Origin: Octopus bimaculoides
Lineage: Eukaryota
NCBI RefSeq assembly: GCF_001194135.2
Contig: NC_068982.1
Location: 169,084,257-169,148,256, forward strand
Direction: 5' to 3'
DNA: 64,000 bases
A program made the translations under genes and the position numbers. Below, one piece after another: positions 1-64,000 of the stretch; within the stretch, counting starts at the first letter, position 1; the number at the start of each line of letters is the position of its first letter. The notes under the pieces are model-generated. The model was not told the origin of the DNA, did not search any database, and worked only from the letters and a program-made list of their open reading frames with translations.

Positions 1-232
1 GGAGAGGCCTTTGTTACCAACAAAGGTATATATATGTACATACCAGTGGCGTGCAGTCTCAGTAATGCAAAGTAAGCAGCGCATGTCCAGTAATTTCTAT
101 TGGGAAATTAGATAAAATATTTACTTTGTTTCAAAGAAAATCTATCCAGTTGTCTTCGAAATATTCTGTCTCCCTTCCCCTCATTTAGTGACTAGTAAGT
201 TATGCGATGAGGAGACCGCATGTAAACACTTC

Positions 233-507
233 CTATCTGTGTCTGTTAGTTTGTCCTTCCTCCCTCTCTCTTAGTGATCTGTTAAAAGATATACTAAGAC
301 CGATAGCATATATCTTTTGTACCCCCTTCCTCTCTCTATCGACAAATATATCGGGTAGGCAATGCTATGAAACAAGCTGCATGTCAACTATATCTATCTC
401 TGTTAGTTTGTCCTTCCTCTCTCTCTCTCTCTCTCTTAGTGACCTGTTAAAAGATATGCTAAGACAGCGCATTTGAAATATTTTGTACCCCCTTCCTCTC
501 TCTATCA
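233..507 (+). repeat. about 110-bp imperfect direct duplication in the hAT subterminal region
   Basis: ctgttagtttgtccttcct...ttagtga.ctgttaaaagatat.ctaagac...ttttgtacccccttcctctctctatc occurs at about 233-340 and 393-507. Confidence 0.8.
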
Positions 508-534
508 GTGACTTGGTAATTTAATCAGGCTGGC

Positions 535-687
535 CATCATCATCATCATCATCGTTTAACGTCTGCTTTCCATGCTAGCATGGGTTGGACGATTTGACTG
601 AGGACTGGTGAGACCGGATGGCAACACCAGGCTCCAATCTAAATTTGGCAGAGTTTCTACAGCTGGATGCCCTTCCTAATGCCAACC
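535..687 (+). mobile_element. SINE-like repeat family A (nested in the hAT)
   Basis: (CAT)n-gtttaacgtc.g.tttccatgct.gcatgggttggacg...gctggatgcccttcctaatgccaacc; at least 8 copies in the window. Confidence 0.75.
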
Positions 688-992
688 GAGGCCCCCTCTC
701 TCTCTCTTTGTTAGTGTAGAATTGTTGCTGGTTCCACTTATTGACCGGAACTGGATCAGTTCTTTAGAACTGCTATAATTAGCCATAATTCTTGGACAAG
801 CCTGGCGTGTAAGTTTGAATTTTTTATCCAAAACATCTGTTTGCACTATTATATTTTTGGAGTGTTCTGAAAACAAAAATATTATATATATTATATTTCT
901 TATTTCAGAAGTAGCTAATTAATCTTAAATTAGTTTAATTAACGTTTTTTTTTAATTCACTTACAATTTACGCGTGCTTTACTTTTTTCGAA

Positions 993-1490
993 ATGAGTGA
1001 AATGTGTGTTATAAACGATATTTTAAGAAATAGTTTTTCGAAAAGAGACTTCCATGGAAAACAATTAATTATAAATGATGGGAGACCAACACCGAATTTA
1101 CCTAATTTGCGAACTTACAAGAAATTCACGAGACAATTTCAGGTTAATTTGTATGAAAAGAAAAAATGGTTAGCTGGAAGTGCTACACTTAATAAATTAT
1201 TCTGTTGGCCTTGTTTACTTTTTTGCTTAGTAAAGAATGTTTGGAATGATAAAGGCTATGATGATTTAAATAATTTACATATGGCTATGCTAAAGCACGA
1301 GCGTTCTCAAAGCATATAAAATCTTTGATAGATCTTAAAATATTCGGGAATGTTCGCATAAACTTACAATTAGATGCATGTAATAATCAAAGCATACAAC
1401 ATCATAATGAGAAAGTTAGACGAAACAGATCTATTCTGCAACGATTGATTGATGTTGTTATTTTTTTAGGCCTCCAGGAATTATCGTTTC
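993..1490 (+). pseudogene. hAT transposase N-terminal fragment (TTF-type zinc finger / ZMYM1-like)
   Basis: KWLAGSATLNKLFCWPCLLF...W...GYDDL...KHERS, then a frameshift into HNEKVRRNRSILQRLIDVVIFLGLQELSFR; no catalytic core follows. Confidence 0.8.
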
Positions 1491-3135
1491 GGCAAATTTT
1501 GTAAATAGGGGCAGGGTAATGTTGAATATTTAAGAAAATTTGCAGAGTGTAAGATGTTTGTAAGCAATTCCAGAACAACAAAAGCCTTACTTTCACTACA
1601 AAATTTCAATTTCGTTTGTGTCTAAATATTTTCATTCTTTCAAACCATGGCAAACCCCCGACAAAAACTCGTGTTGCATCTCTTTTGTCAGTGAATAAGT
1701 CTCGGTTTCAAAGCAACGAAAATATTGACAATGAAATGAGATTTAAATGTTGCAGTGAAACAACCATTTCTCTTTGTGTGTGTTTGTGTCTGACTGTGTG
1801 ATGATGTGAATGTTCCGAGGCCTCTCCCCCCTCCGTTCGCGAGCGCGCATTTTTTCTTCATATTCGTTCGCAGCAAGTTATTTTACACGTATTTGAATAT
1901 TTTATTTTTTTTATTTCCCACCGGGTCAAACGCTTTAGTTTGACCTTGATTAGAGTTTGTTATAATGTAAATTTTGACCATCTTACATCAGTATTGTTTG
2001 GCAGGAGAAATGGTTCAACTTCTTCGTCAAACCTAACCTACATAGGTTTTCCTTTCTGTGCTGCTGGGTGTAGTCTATTTACAGCCGTAATTGTCTTGTT
2101 TCAATCTCAGAGATGTTGACTGCCACAGCAGTTTTGGAGGCTTTTTAAAATGTTGAATTTTCACTGTCTTTCATTGTGTGTATTCATGTATATGCGTGTA
2201 TTGTCAATGTGTGTGCGTGAGACGTAGTCTTTTAATATACGAAGTTCAGTAAGTCTCAGAACAGTCTGCTTGAGTATCAATAATTTTCCCGGAATTGACA
2301 AGTAGCATGATAAAGCACCTGACTTGTCTTCTAGAGCGTAACGATCTTAAAGCATGGCCATATAATGTAACTAAATGTATTCACTTAATTAAATCATTTC
2401 AAATTGATTCGGCTCAACCAATAGGTATAGGGGCTAATGCAGAATCGCACCCCTTTGAAAAACGAATTTTGTGAAAAATTTTTTTCGGATTCCTACCTTT
2501 AACAGAGATTCCGAATATGCAAAAATATTAACAGAATCCAATTTCATCTTCATTACATTTCACTTATGATTTTTAGACTTTTTAAGGGAGAGGGAGGATG
2601 AGAAAGTACTGACGTTTCGAAGAGAGAAAAATACAATCAATACACTTATTTCAGGCTCATCTCTACAGAGCCATTTTTTATTCCCTGCTTATTCTAGGAC
2701 ATACGGGGGTGATTGCATATTCAGAATCTCCCATATATAAATTGTAGGAATACGAAAATTTTTTTACTGAAAAATTGCCAGGGGGGGGGGGAAATCATTG
2801 CATGCCCAACTCCGGAAGTCACAGCATGCCACTGGTACATACATATGTGTGTGTGTATGTTTGTGTCTCCTTGTCTTTACATAGTGTGATAGTTGTAAAA
2901 TGAGCGTCAGTTATACAAACTGTAATCTATTTCCAATATTCTTCAAAAACATGTTTGGCCAAGGAGAAAAGGACATTGGCCAAGGACATTGATGGAAAAC
3001 AGGTGTAGATTAGCAGTAGGAAGAGCCTCTGGCTGTAGAAAACCTGCTTCAATAAACTCCAACCAACCAATGGAAAGGTGGATGTTAAAATGATATGTAC
3101 AAAAAATTAATTATGTTGAGAATAATCTGCTTCTT

Positions 3136-3316
3136 CATCATTTAACATCCATTTTCTAGACTGGCATGGGTTGGATGAGTTCATAGGAGCTGGCTAGCCA
3201 GAGGACTGCACCAAGCTCCGCTATCTATTTTAGCACGGTTTTTATGGCTGAATGCTCTTCCTGATGCCAACCACTTTACAGTGTTGACTGGGTACTTTTG
3301 ATGTGGCACCAGCACT
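3136..3316 (+). mobile_element. SINE-like family A copy
   Basis: same consensus as 535-687. Confidence 0.7.
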
Positions 3317-4929
3317 TTGTTCAACCTTTCAATACTGAGGACATCTAGTCCGTCTATTGAGCATGCTGTACTTGTGTAGAGACCATACCAGTATTTCACA
3401 AGTGACCACACCCAAATGAAAGCTACACATAACTAATGGTAAGATTGAGTATTGACTTTAAAGTTCCTCTTTGATCTCATATAAGAACATTTTTACTGCT
3501 GTTCATGAATATTCCTCATTGCTATTCTCTGAAATATGACATCCACAACTGTCATCAGATGCTTAAACTTCATCTCATGAAAATTTATCTAACTAGTCAA
3601 GGTGTGGCATCTTATCACACATTATCATCCAACAAGAAACATTCAAATTGAAAGAGAATGGCATTGTCTGGGAAGTTCATATCCATACTGTCAAGTCATG
3701 TTGCATTCTTAAAAGTGAATGGGAATCTCATCCACCAGAGGCTCTTCACTCTGTTAGATTCAAGTAATAAACATATCCTGGAACTAATATTGTGCCTTGG
3801 ACAACCACAAAGTCCAATCAAAGAAGGCAGGTACCATATGGTGTCATACTTTAGTTGCTATTTAATACTTCTTTTGTTCCAGTCTTCACATTTGAAATTA
3901 AACTTGATTCTTTTTTTATTGACAAAATGGCAAAAGATTACAAGAGCTAAATTCCAAGATGCACCAAATCAAATTAGAAAAAAAAAATTGTATTGCTTTT
4001 CCATGAAAGAAATTAAGAAAGACAACAATAGACAGACACAAACTCAATTTTAATGATGCACAAATAGAAATAATTAACCATACTAGTTTTATTTACAGAA
4101 AGGCTTTCTGAGTCTTCAGCTAAGTATAGGTAATAGTGATTAATTATTTACAAGATCTATTAGACATTTATAGGTGTGTAGACAGATAACAAAAAAATTA
4201 CTTCATCCAGGTTTGTTGATAAGCTACAACTACATAAAGCTCTTTTTATTGTTGAAAAATATCAGGTTATCTAAGACGTTTATGTTGATAGTAATATTGA
4301 CATCTTCAATAACTTGCCAAACAACTTCAAACCCAATTGTAAGATATTAGACATGTACAAAAATTAAAATGATTTTATGCTTGCCAAAATCTCTGCAAGT
4401 GATTCACATTGTGGTATAAAAATATTCCTTACAGTAACTTGTTCTGAAGTTCTTTAATAAAGCTGATATTAACCAATATTACTTGTTTTCTAAAAAAACC
4501 CCGAAAATCTGTGATTTATTGATTCAAATTACTAAAATTAATTTGATGAGAATGTATTGAAACTTGAGTAAGCTAATTAAAAATTGCAAACAATTCAATA
4601 ATTCAAAAACTGAAAGCTTAGTTATCAATGAAAAGTATCTAAAACTGCTTCAAGCTCTTCATTGTTTTGGATTTCTAATTTTTGAAATTATTCGAATATT
4701 AAGGTTAAATTTTATTAATAGTTCAGTTTTAAAACCCCTTAATAAATGTTTGTACAACATTCCAAATGGTATTAAACGTCTTGGGAAGAGGTGTTGATAA
4801 AAGAAAATGTAAGTCTCACTATATTCTAAAAATAAACGAAAATATCTCTTTGGGTATGTATTTGGAAACTTTGAAAACTTCATGACTTTTAGTGTCACAA
4901 AAGACTGCACTGTCTTGATATCAAGCATT

Positions 4930-4971
4930 TTAAAACTCCAGTGATCCAATAATGCGTTGCACAATTGCTCC
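4930..4971 (-). CDS. probable ferlin alternative terminal exon B (distal)
   Basis: tttctcattttatttttctcaacacag|GGA GCA ATT GTG CAA CGC ATT ATT GGA TCA CTG GAG TTT TAA = GAIVQRIIGSLEF*; phase 0; aligns ungapped to exon A. Confidence 0.65.
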   Translation of the reverse strand, partial: GAIVQRIIGSLEF

Positions 4972-6864
4972 CTGTGTTGAGAAAAATAAAATGAGAAAGG
5001 AAGTTAATGTAATGATAATACAGTTAGATAAATTCATCATGCACACACACATTTTCCCCTCTTTTTGATGTATAAAAACATGTCAGAAATCTTGAGATTA
5101 TCATCATCATCATCATTATTAAGATTATTATTATTATCATTGTGATTTTTAAGTATCCAAAAAAAATTATCAATTATTCAAAGAATAAAGCATAGCCTGT
5201 TGACATCTTTCCTTTTAACTTTGAGATTCCATTTGCATTCTCTTAATTGTCATTTCAGCTAATCTCAATTTTTTGTTGATCAATTTATAGAATTACAAGA
5301 TTTATTATAAAGTTATTTACTAAAAGATAAGAGATTTTAGCAATACAACATTTAAAACAGTAAGAGGAATGAGATAAAATGAAATATACACATACACTTA
5401 AATGACATGCAGTTTTAATAATAAAAACAAACAAATAAAATAAAGCAGCAAATATAAAGCTTTAAGCAAAAAAAGTAAAAAAAAAAGAAAAAGAAAAATC
5501 ATTCAAAAGGGTGTCTTTACTATTTTTTACAATCGCTCTAAGGTTTAAAAAATAACGAAAGATTCAAACATTTGCAAATGAATAATTTTAATTAGGATTA
5601 CTTATACCCAGAGATTTCCACCAGTCAAGAATATATCTGAGTATATAATCTAAAACCTGTCCATCCTAAAGCAATAAATAAATAACAGCAAATCTAAACT
5701 AATTTTAAGAAATCTACCTTGTATATTTTATCAATGGAAATGCTATTGGATGCATGTATATTATAATAGCTCTTAGTAGGCAGATTAGGTCTTTTTGTCC
5801 AATTTTGATAGAAAAGGTAATTAATGACCTCAGAAATCAAAACCTCAAATTCCATTAGCACTAGGCCTTCTTGTCACTAGTGGTTTTGACTCACTACACT
5901 GATAAATCAGCACTTTAGCTAGTAACTGTTTCACAGTCAACAACACATACATCATAATTGCATTGCAACATTAAAACTGGAGGAGATACATGGGATGGAG
6001 AATCACTGAAGAAGTCGCAGGTGTGTCATGAAAGATTTCCAGACAATGGATATATAAAATAAGAAGAATAATAAACAAGTTTTGCTTACATAATGAGTTG
6101 GATTTTAAAATCTTTTATTGTTTTAGAAAAAAATTTTGTATATCACTAACTTGAACTATATGGTTCAGTTTAATACATTTTCTTAAAACAGTGTTTGTAA
6201 GTTTAGCACATTTTGATGTGGTGGATTTTAATGAAAACTTTTTATTTTCTAGATTTATCAGTAAGCCTGAGTAAACAGGAAAACTAAAAGCAAAGACCAT
6301 GCTTGTATTGAAGATATAGCTATGAATAAGAGGAATTTGATAAGATCTATAGTAATTCATATTAAGTGAAGAATCTAGACAAGTTTTTCATGAATTCTAA
6401 CAGACCAGAGAAAGTAAAAATCTGTAGAAATGAATTGCTTTCTTCATTTCTTGTGAGAATCTGATGGAATTACATCAATGAAGAAGGCAATTTCTGTATA
6501 AGATGTAAATTTCTTTACATTAACACAATGCTTCAGAGTTTTAGGTGATAGAGAAAATTGGAATTTGTGACATTCATGCTAATCTCAAAATTTCAGCAAG
6601 AAAATAAAATATAGCATCACAAAACTGAAGGTGTTCTCAAATGAGAAATCAAAACTATGGCTATTAATTGTATGTAGCTATAAAGTGTTACATAATTGTT
6701 TAATGGAACCTGAGTGGTACAAGAATCTGTATAATCTTTATGTCTCCTAGATTTGTAAAATCCAAGTTGTTTAATATAATTTAAAAAAAATTTTGGAGAT
6801 TTAAACAGTGAGCATATTGCTGGTTTAATACTGGGGTATTAGCAAAAGACGTGCACATGCATTT

Positions 6865-6906
<42 letters not shown>

Positions 6907-6930
6907 ATATTAGGGAAAAAATCCAAAATT

Positions 6931-7705
6931 NNNNNNNNNNNNNNNNNNNNNNNNNNNNNNNNNNNNNNNNNNNNNNNNNNNNNNNNNNNNNNNNNNNNNN
7001 NNNNNNNNNNNNNNNNNNNNNNNNNNNNNNNNNNNNNNNNNNNNNNNNNNNNNNNNNNNNNNNNNNNNNNNNNNNNNNNNNNNNNNNNNNNNNNNNNNNN
7101 NNNNNNNNNNNNNNNNNNNNNNNNNNNNNNNNNNNNNNNNNNNNNNNNNNNNNNNNNNNNNNNNNNNNNNNNNNNNNNNNNNNNNNNNNNNNNNNNNNNN
7201 NNNNNNNNNNNNNNNNNNNNNNNNNNNNNNNNNNNNNNNNNNNNNNNNNNNNNNNNNNNNNNNNNNNNNNNNNNNNNNNNNNNNNNNNNNNNNNNNNNNN
7301 NNNNNNNNNNNNNNNNNNNNNNNNNNNNNNNNNNNNNNNNNNNNNNNNNNNNNNNNNNNNNNNNNNNNNNNNNNNNNNNNNNNNNNNNNNNNNNNNNNNN
7401 NNNNNNNNNNNNNNNNNNNNNNNNNNNNNNNNNNNNNNNNNNNNNNNNNNNNNNNNNNNNNNNNNNNNNNNNNNNNNNNNNNNNNNNNNNNNNNNNNNNN
7501 NNNNNNNNNNNNNNNNNNNNNNNNNNNNNNNNNNNNNNNNNNNNNNNNNNNNNNNNNNNNNNNNNNNNNNNNNNNNNNNNNNNNNNNNNNNNNNNNNNNN
7601 NNNNNNNNNNNNNNNNNNNNNNNNNNNNNNNNNNNNNNNNNNNNNNNNNNNNNNNNNNNNNNNNNNNNNNNNNNNNNNNNNNNNNNNNNNNNNNNNNNNN
7701 NNNNN
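6931..7705. other. assembly gap (N)
   Basis: N run; other gaps at 11168-11177, 12611-12655, 17896-18052, 22553-23346, 30657-31075 and 39997-40006, most next to microsatellites. The ferlin frame closes across them, so no constitutive exon needs to be hidden there. Confidence 1.
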
Positions 7706-9531
7706 ATATACCACTGAAGTTATTTAGCAATGATGTTCTGTAAAGAAATCACTAATAATATCTGCTTAGTAGCATATTCCTTTTCACTCTTATCCTAATC
7801 AAACTTCCTCACAGCTATCATCACAACTTCACAATGATGAGAAATAAGAAGCTCTAGCGATAGACTAACTACAAGATATAAATATATCTTTAAAGAATGG
7901 GTAATTTGTTGTTATCACTTTTGAATTAGATAAGAGATGCATGCAGCATAGCTAAGTATGAAGAAACAATGATAAAAATATTTAATGTCAATCTAGCATC
8001 AGACACATTCACTTAAATTATAATATAAATAAACTGAAAGGTAAGTTACAATTCCAGATTATTCAAATAGTAACAAATTTATTACTAAACATTTCAAAAC
8101 TGATCAAAAGCTTACAAAATTACTGGAATTATCCCTATTAATATAAAACAAACATTTCTGAAGTAAATGTTACAAGACTGATGAAATCATAAAACTAAAA
8201 GACAGCAAAGAAAAGAATGATAAATGTGCATCTTTTTGTTTTCCTTTTAAGGACAAGTCAGCATTAGTAATCTTAAAACAAAATGCAACATGCCTAAGCA
8301 AAGAAATAAAGCAGAAATTAATATCAATTCACATTATAAAAATACACCTGTATAAATGAAGTTAAAAGACAAGCAAACATTTTCTTTAAAGCATTTTAAG
8401 CATAAGTATTTAAAGTATATATACATTCATGCAGGGTAAAATTAGGAATAATAATAGGAAAAAGCTCTTAAAAATTGAGGCATATGAAGTAATTTATTAG
8501 AAATAGCTGCTGGCAATGCTGTTAGCAAGAATTTGTAAGCAATGGTAAAATTAAGCTGAATATTGAGGCATAAGCAGTAGTTTATTAGAAGTTATAGAAA
8601 GAGCTGCAAGTGATGTTATCAACAAGAATTTATAAGCAATGGCAAAGTTATGCTGAATGAGAAATGTCAACTTACAACACAACATTAGCTGGAATGCTCA
8701 ATTGGCTGTACTGAAAATGAACTCTGTGCTAGGGATTCTATATACATTTAGATGGAAAGTAATTGATTCTATGGGGCAACTATGTGTGTGTGTTTATATA
8801 TGTATAACAGATGGACAACGGATGCTAAATGATGATGATAGTAGTTAAGAATTTATGATTCACCCACTTGGAAAACTATATAATTCACAGTCAATGTTGT
8901 TTTGTTTTTTAATCTAGAAATATGTAAGCTACTAATAATCTATTCACAAAACAGGAGATTGAATTATATACAAAGTTATTTCTACTATGTTTAAGAGACA
9001 TATAATTTGTTTTGTTTTTCAGTCAGTTACTTGAAGTATTTCAGTGTCTGTCAAAACATCTAAAGATATTTTCTTATTTTTGAGGATAGTCAAACCATGA
9101 TTTTAATAAAGAACAAAAAAAAAAAAAAAATTTAGTTACTGAGACTAAAAAGACCTTTTTCTGGAAAATATCTTTAAAACTTAAATATCTAGATTTTTAA
9201 TCTTACAGCTGATTATGTACATACAAGTGTACATATAATAATTTTTATATAACAGTCATTTTTCTAGGCTTGAGTTTATTGGATAAACTTTGAAGTATTT
9301 CATATACTTTACAGCATGGTTTAGTAGTTTTGGGCCACTGATATTTGAGAGTCTGTCTGCAGTAATACTGAAGAGTTCCCCTCTACTCTATATCAATTCT
9401 GATTCAGAGTTACTATTCTTCTAGATAGGTTGCATATGATATAGTTTGTAAAGTTCACATCTCCATTAATTTGTTCCTTCCTTTCAGCCATAATTTTAAT
9501 AGTGGTTTGTACTGTCTTTCACCACAGTATG

Positions 9532-9563
<32 letters not shown>

Positions 9564-9564
9564 G

Positions 9565-9737
9565 CTGGTGTTGCTTAAAAAGCACCCAGTACACTCTGGA
9601 AAGTGGTTGGCATTAGGAAGTGCATCCACCTGTAGAAAACAAGCCAAAACAGACTATGGAACCTGGTGCACTTCCTGGCCTTGCCACCTTCTGTCAAGCT
9701 ATCCAACCCATGCCAGCATGGAAAATGGGCATTAAAT
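9565..9737 (-). mobile_element. SINE-like family A copy
   Basis: reverse complement of the family A consensus (ccaacccatgccagcatggaaaa). Confidence 0.7.
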
Positions 9738-11370
9738 AACACATACATACACACAATAGTTTTTATACAGTACTCGAGAAATAAAAGGGTTACTTAAGTT
9801 TCATACGGTGTGCCAATTGTACATAGAGTACATTTTTTTTTGCTCACATACACAGATAGTAAGTATGTATTTCTCATCAATTTAGGGGCTTGTCCTTATT
9901 CATCCATATAAGGTAGCTCCCACAAAGATTAGAGCTTTTGCAATAAATTCATCATCAAGTAACTTTTATCAAATCCTTTGGATTCAAATATGAAACAATT
10001 TAGAAGTGAATCAGTCCTGGCTTAGTGAATTTAGAAATGTATAATTCAGTCCTAGAAATAGTAAATGAAACCTTTTAAAAACTGACTTATCTCTTAAAAT
10101 CATTTTATTTCTATAACTAGGATTATTACAACTAAGAAATGCAGTGAAAAAACCACAAAAATGTAACACCTTTTATTTTTCGATATGTTGTAGTTTATTG
10201 AAAATATCAGTTAACAAGAACAAACTTGAGTTTATACAAGTGACAACATGAGAAAAATAATGTTTCTTTTGTATACACATAACAGTTTATCAAAAACAAA
10301 ATTAATTCATGTAAAAAGTTATGTTAGAGAGTAATGAAAACTGTGACCTTCTGATTACGGAAAATATAATCTAAAGATGATGTTAGCAAATGGTTAATAT
10401 GTCTCACATAACAGAGGAAAATAACATATGTAGGTGGGGTGGGGGCACTGCATTATATGTATTGAGATTTTATTTGAACCTTAAAGTTATAGTTTATAGA
10501 TATTTAAAACCTTAAGAATATATCTAAGGTTGATTATGTAAAAAAAGAAAAAAATTCAGGTTAAATGTTTTGCACTTCGTAAAACTGTCACTGTTCTATT
10601 ATTATTATGACTAAAACTGATTTCATATTTGTTGTATGAGCAAGGATCCCTAAGAAATGGCATTGATTTCACAACCCTTGCCAAGTAATAATATCAAGCC
10701 AACTAAAATGTATGACAAAATATTTCTGCTTAATTTTTATAACATTCAAAAGGCTTTCTAAACTTAATGGAACCAAGCAAATATTCCAGTAATTGATACA
10801 TTATTTCAATCAATTAATTTCCCCCCCAACATTTGGTATTTTTTAAGGCACAAAAGTCCATTTTTTAAAATTTATTTTTATAAGCAGAAGGGAATATGAT
10901 CAGCTGACTAATATGCAAAAAGTATTTGAATATCAATATTTTGTTAATTATATTTTACTAATTTCAATTATTCCATGATTTTAATTATTGTTTATCTTGA
11001 ATTTTGACAAGAACAACATCTGAGCAACCTTGGAACAGTTAAGTCATTGCAAACTTGAAATGATTTAATGTTAATACATTAACATTTCCCAATATATTCC
11101 TTCTAAAAGGTATCACCATACTAATTCCTTATTACAAATCAATTTTCAGCAAGAACTAATCATATATNNNNNNNNNNATTCCTTAATTATTTTTTACATA
11201 AGAAAATACTATAAAAAAGCTGTTAATAATAGATGCCTCTGGGAAAAAAAATATAAGCTAATGAAAACTATTATTTTAAACATTCATTTAGGTTAGTAAT
11301 TGGCCTATGTAAAAAATAGCAAAGTGAGTAAACATATAAAATCTCATATAAAGGGAGATTTTGGCTGGTT

Positions 11371-63084
<51,714 letters not shown>

Positions 63085-63842
63085 CTGTCAAACAAATATG
63101 AAACAATTTCAAACAAACAAAATAAAAAGTTATCAGTTTAAATTCTTTCAGTCTTATAAGATGTAGTTTGAATCAAATCTAAACAAATCACTAATGTGAA
63201 AAATGTCATTACAATATCGGGCAAGCAAACATGATCCAATAAATTGTACTATGCTTTCGCTAATTGTTTTTAGGTGTTTCTATAGTTGTGAGCAGACAGG
63301 CACCCTCTCTTAGCCTTCCTATTCTTGATACAGTGGAACATGGTGGATGTGATGCTGAAGGGAGAAAAAGTAGTACCAACACCAAGCTGGTATTCATTTA
63401 CAGATGAGTAGGGTGGAGCAATGTGAAATGATGTATCTTGCTCAAGGACATAACATGCTGCTCAGTCCAGGAACTGAACCCCTGATTTTATGACTATTAG
63501 TCCAGCATCCAAACCACTTGGACACAAAATATATTTAAAATTATATTAATTACATTTTTAAAGAAAAATATTTCTCTACTTTTTAAGGGGTTATCCAATG
63601 CAATTAAAGTAATGAATTAAAATCAATCTTTCATAAGACATGTAGTTGCCTTTCAGATAAAACTAATTATGTTAAATTATACATATCAAGTGCATAATAG
63701 TAATTGAGAATTCAAATCTTAGACATAGCTAGGATTTCAACCAAAGAAGCTTTCAATAATTAAGATGAATCTACTATTAAATATCTAATTTGTGAAAAAC
63801 ATAAAATTAAAATATACATTAGAATAATTATATCTGCAAATT

Positions 63843-64000
63843 AAGGTGGCAATATGGCAGAATTGTTACAGTGCTGGACAAAATGCTTTGGTTCTGAGTT
63901 CAAATGATATTGGGATTGCCTTTCATTCTTTCAGGGTTGATAAAATAAGCACTAGTTTAGTACTAGGGGTCAATGTAATCAATATACACTCTCCCCTGAA
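63843..64000 (+). mobile_element. SINE family C copy (runs off the window)
   Basis: aaggtggc...ggcagaattgtta...ttctgagttcaaat...gcctttcattctttcagggttgataaa. Confidence 0.6.

Larger units (their letters stand above)
44..2834 (+). mobile_element. hAT-superfamily DNA transposon, internally deleted
   Basis: TIR CAGTGGCGTGC at 44 and its complement gcatgccactg ending 2834; exact 8-bp TSD GTACATAC at 36-43 and 2835-2842; transposase N-terminal remnant at 993-1490. Confidence 0.9.

Noticed and set aside
3480-3870. Coding-like text, possibly an RTE-type LINE remnant; 131-aa + strand ORF at 3658
   Set aside because: I could not match a convincing motif.
4659-4964. 101-aa minus-strand ORF in the track
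   Set aside because: Non-ATG start and no recognisable motif. It is a different frame downstream of the same acceptor; the phase-0 reading (GAIVQRIIGSLEF*) explains the site better.
5588-5665. Possible third terminal exon DGQVLDYILRYILDWWKSLGISNPN*
   Set aside because: Good acceptor and open frame, but no clear similarity to the other tails; equally strong acceptors occur by chance in this region (e.g. near 8205).

Overview
AT-rich animal genomic DNA, intron-rich and containing several N gaps. The SINE and microsatellite landscape looks like a coleoid cephalopod such as Octopus (inference). One gene dominates the window: a type-1 (DysF-containing, myoferlin/dysferlin-like) ferlin on the minus strand. 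I traced 32 GT-AG coding exons by hand from 63084 down to the stop at 11371. They total 3982 nt, every junction phase is compatible, and they encode about 1326 aa: end of FerA, FerB, nested DysF, the C-terminal C2 domains, the TM helix and a short tail. The 5' part of the gene lies beyond the window. Main novelties: (1) a probable duplicated alternative last exon at 4930-4971 (tail GAIVQRIIGSLEF versus EAFSRKIVGA); (2) a cluster of frame-preserving candidate cassette exons, including a 3-nt microexon and a polybasic exon, in the 11-kb intron that interrupts the variable inter-C2 linker; (3) a 76-bp near-perfect intronic hairpin next to a fold-back MITE; (4) a clean 33-nt micro-inversion of the first catalytic motif of a DD37D transposase fossil. 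The rest is transposon debris: a hAT element and a hAT MITE with exact 8-bp TSDs, mariner, Tc1, piggyBac-type MITEs, a CR1/L2-type LINE, three SINE families and microsatellites. No rRNA, tRNA gene or CRISPR array is supported. All exon calls come from manual translation; no database search was run.
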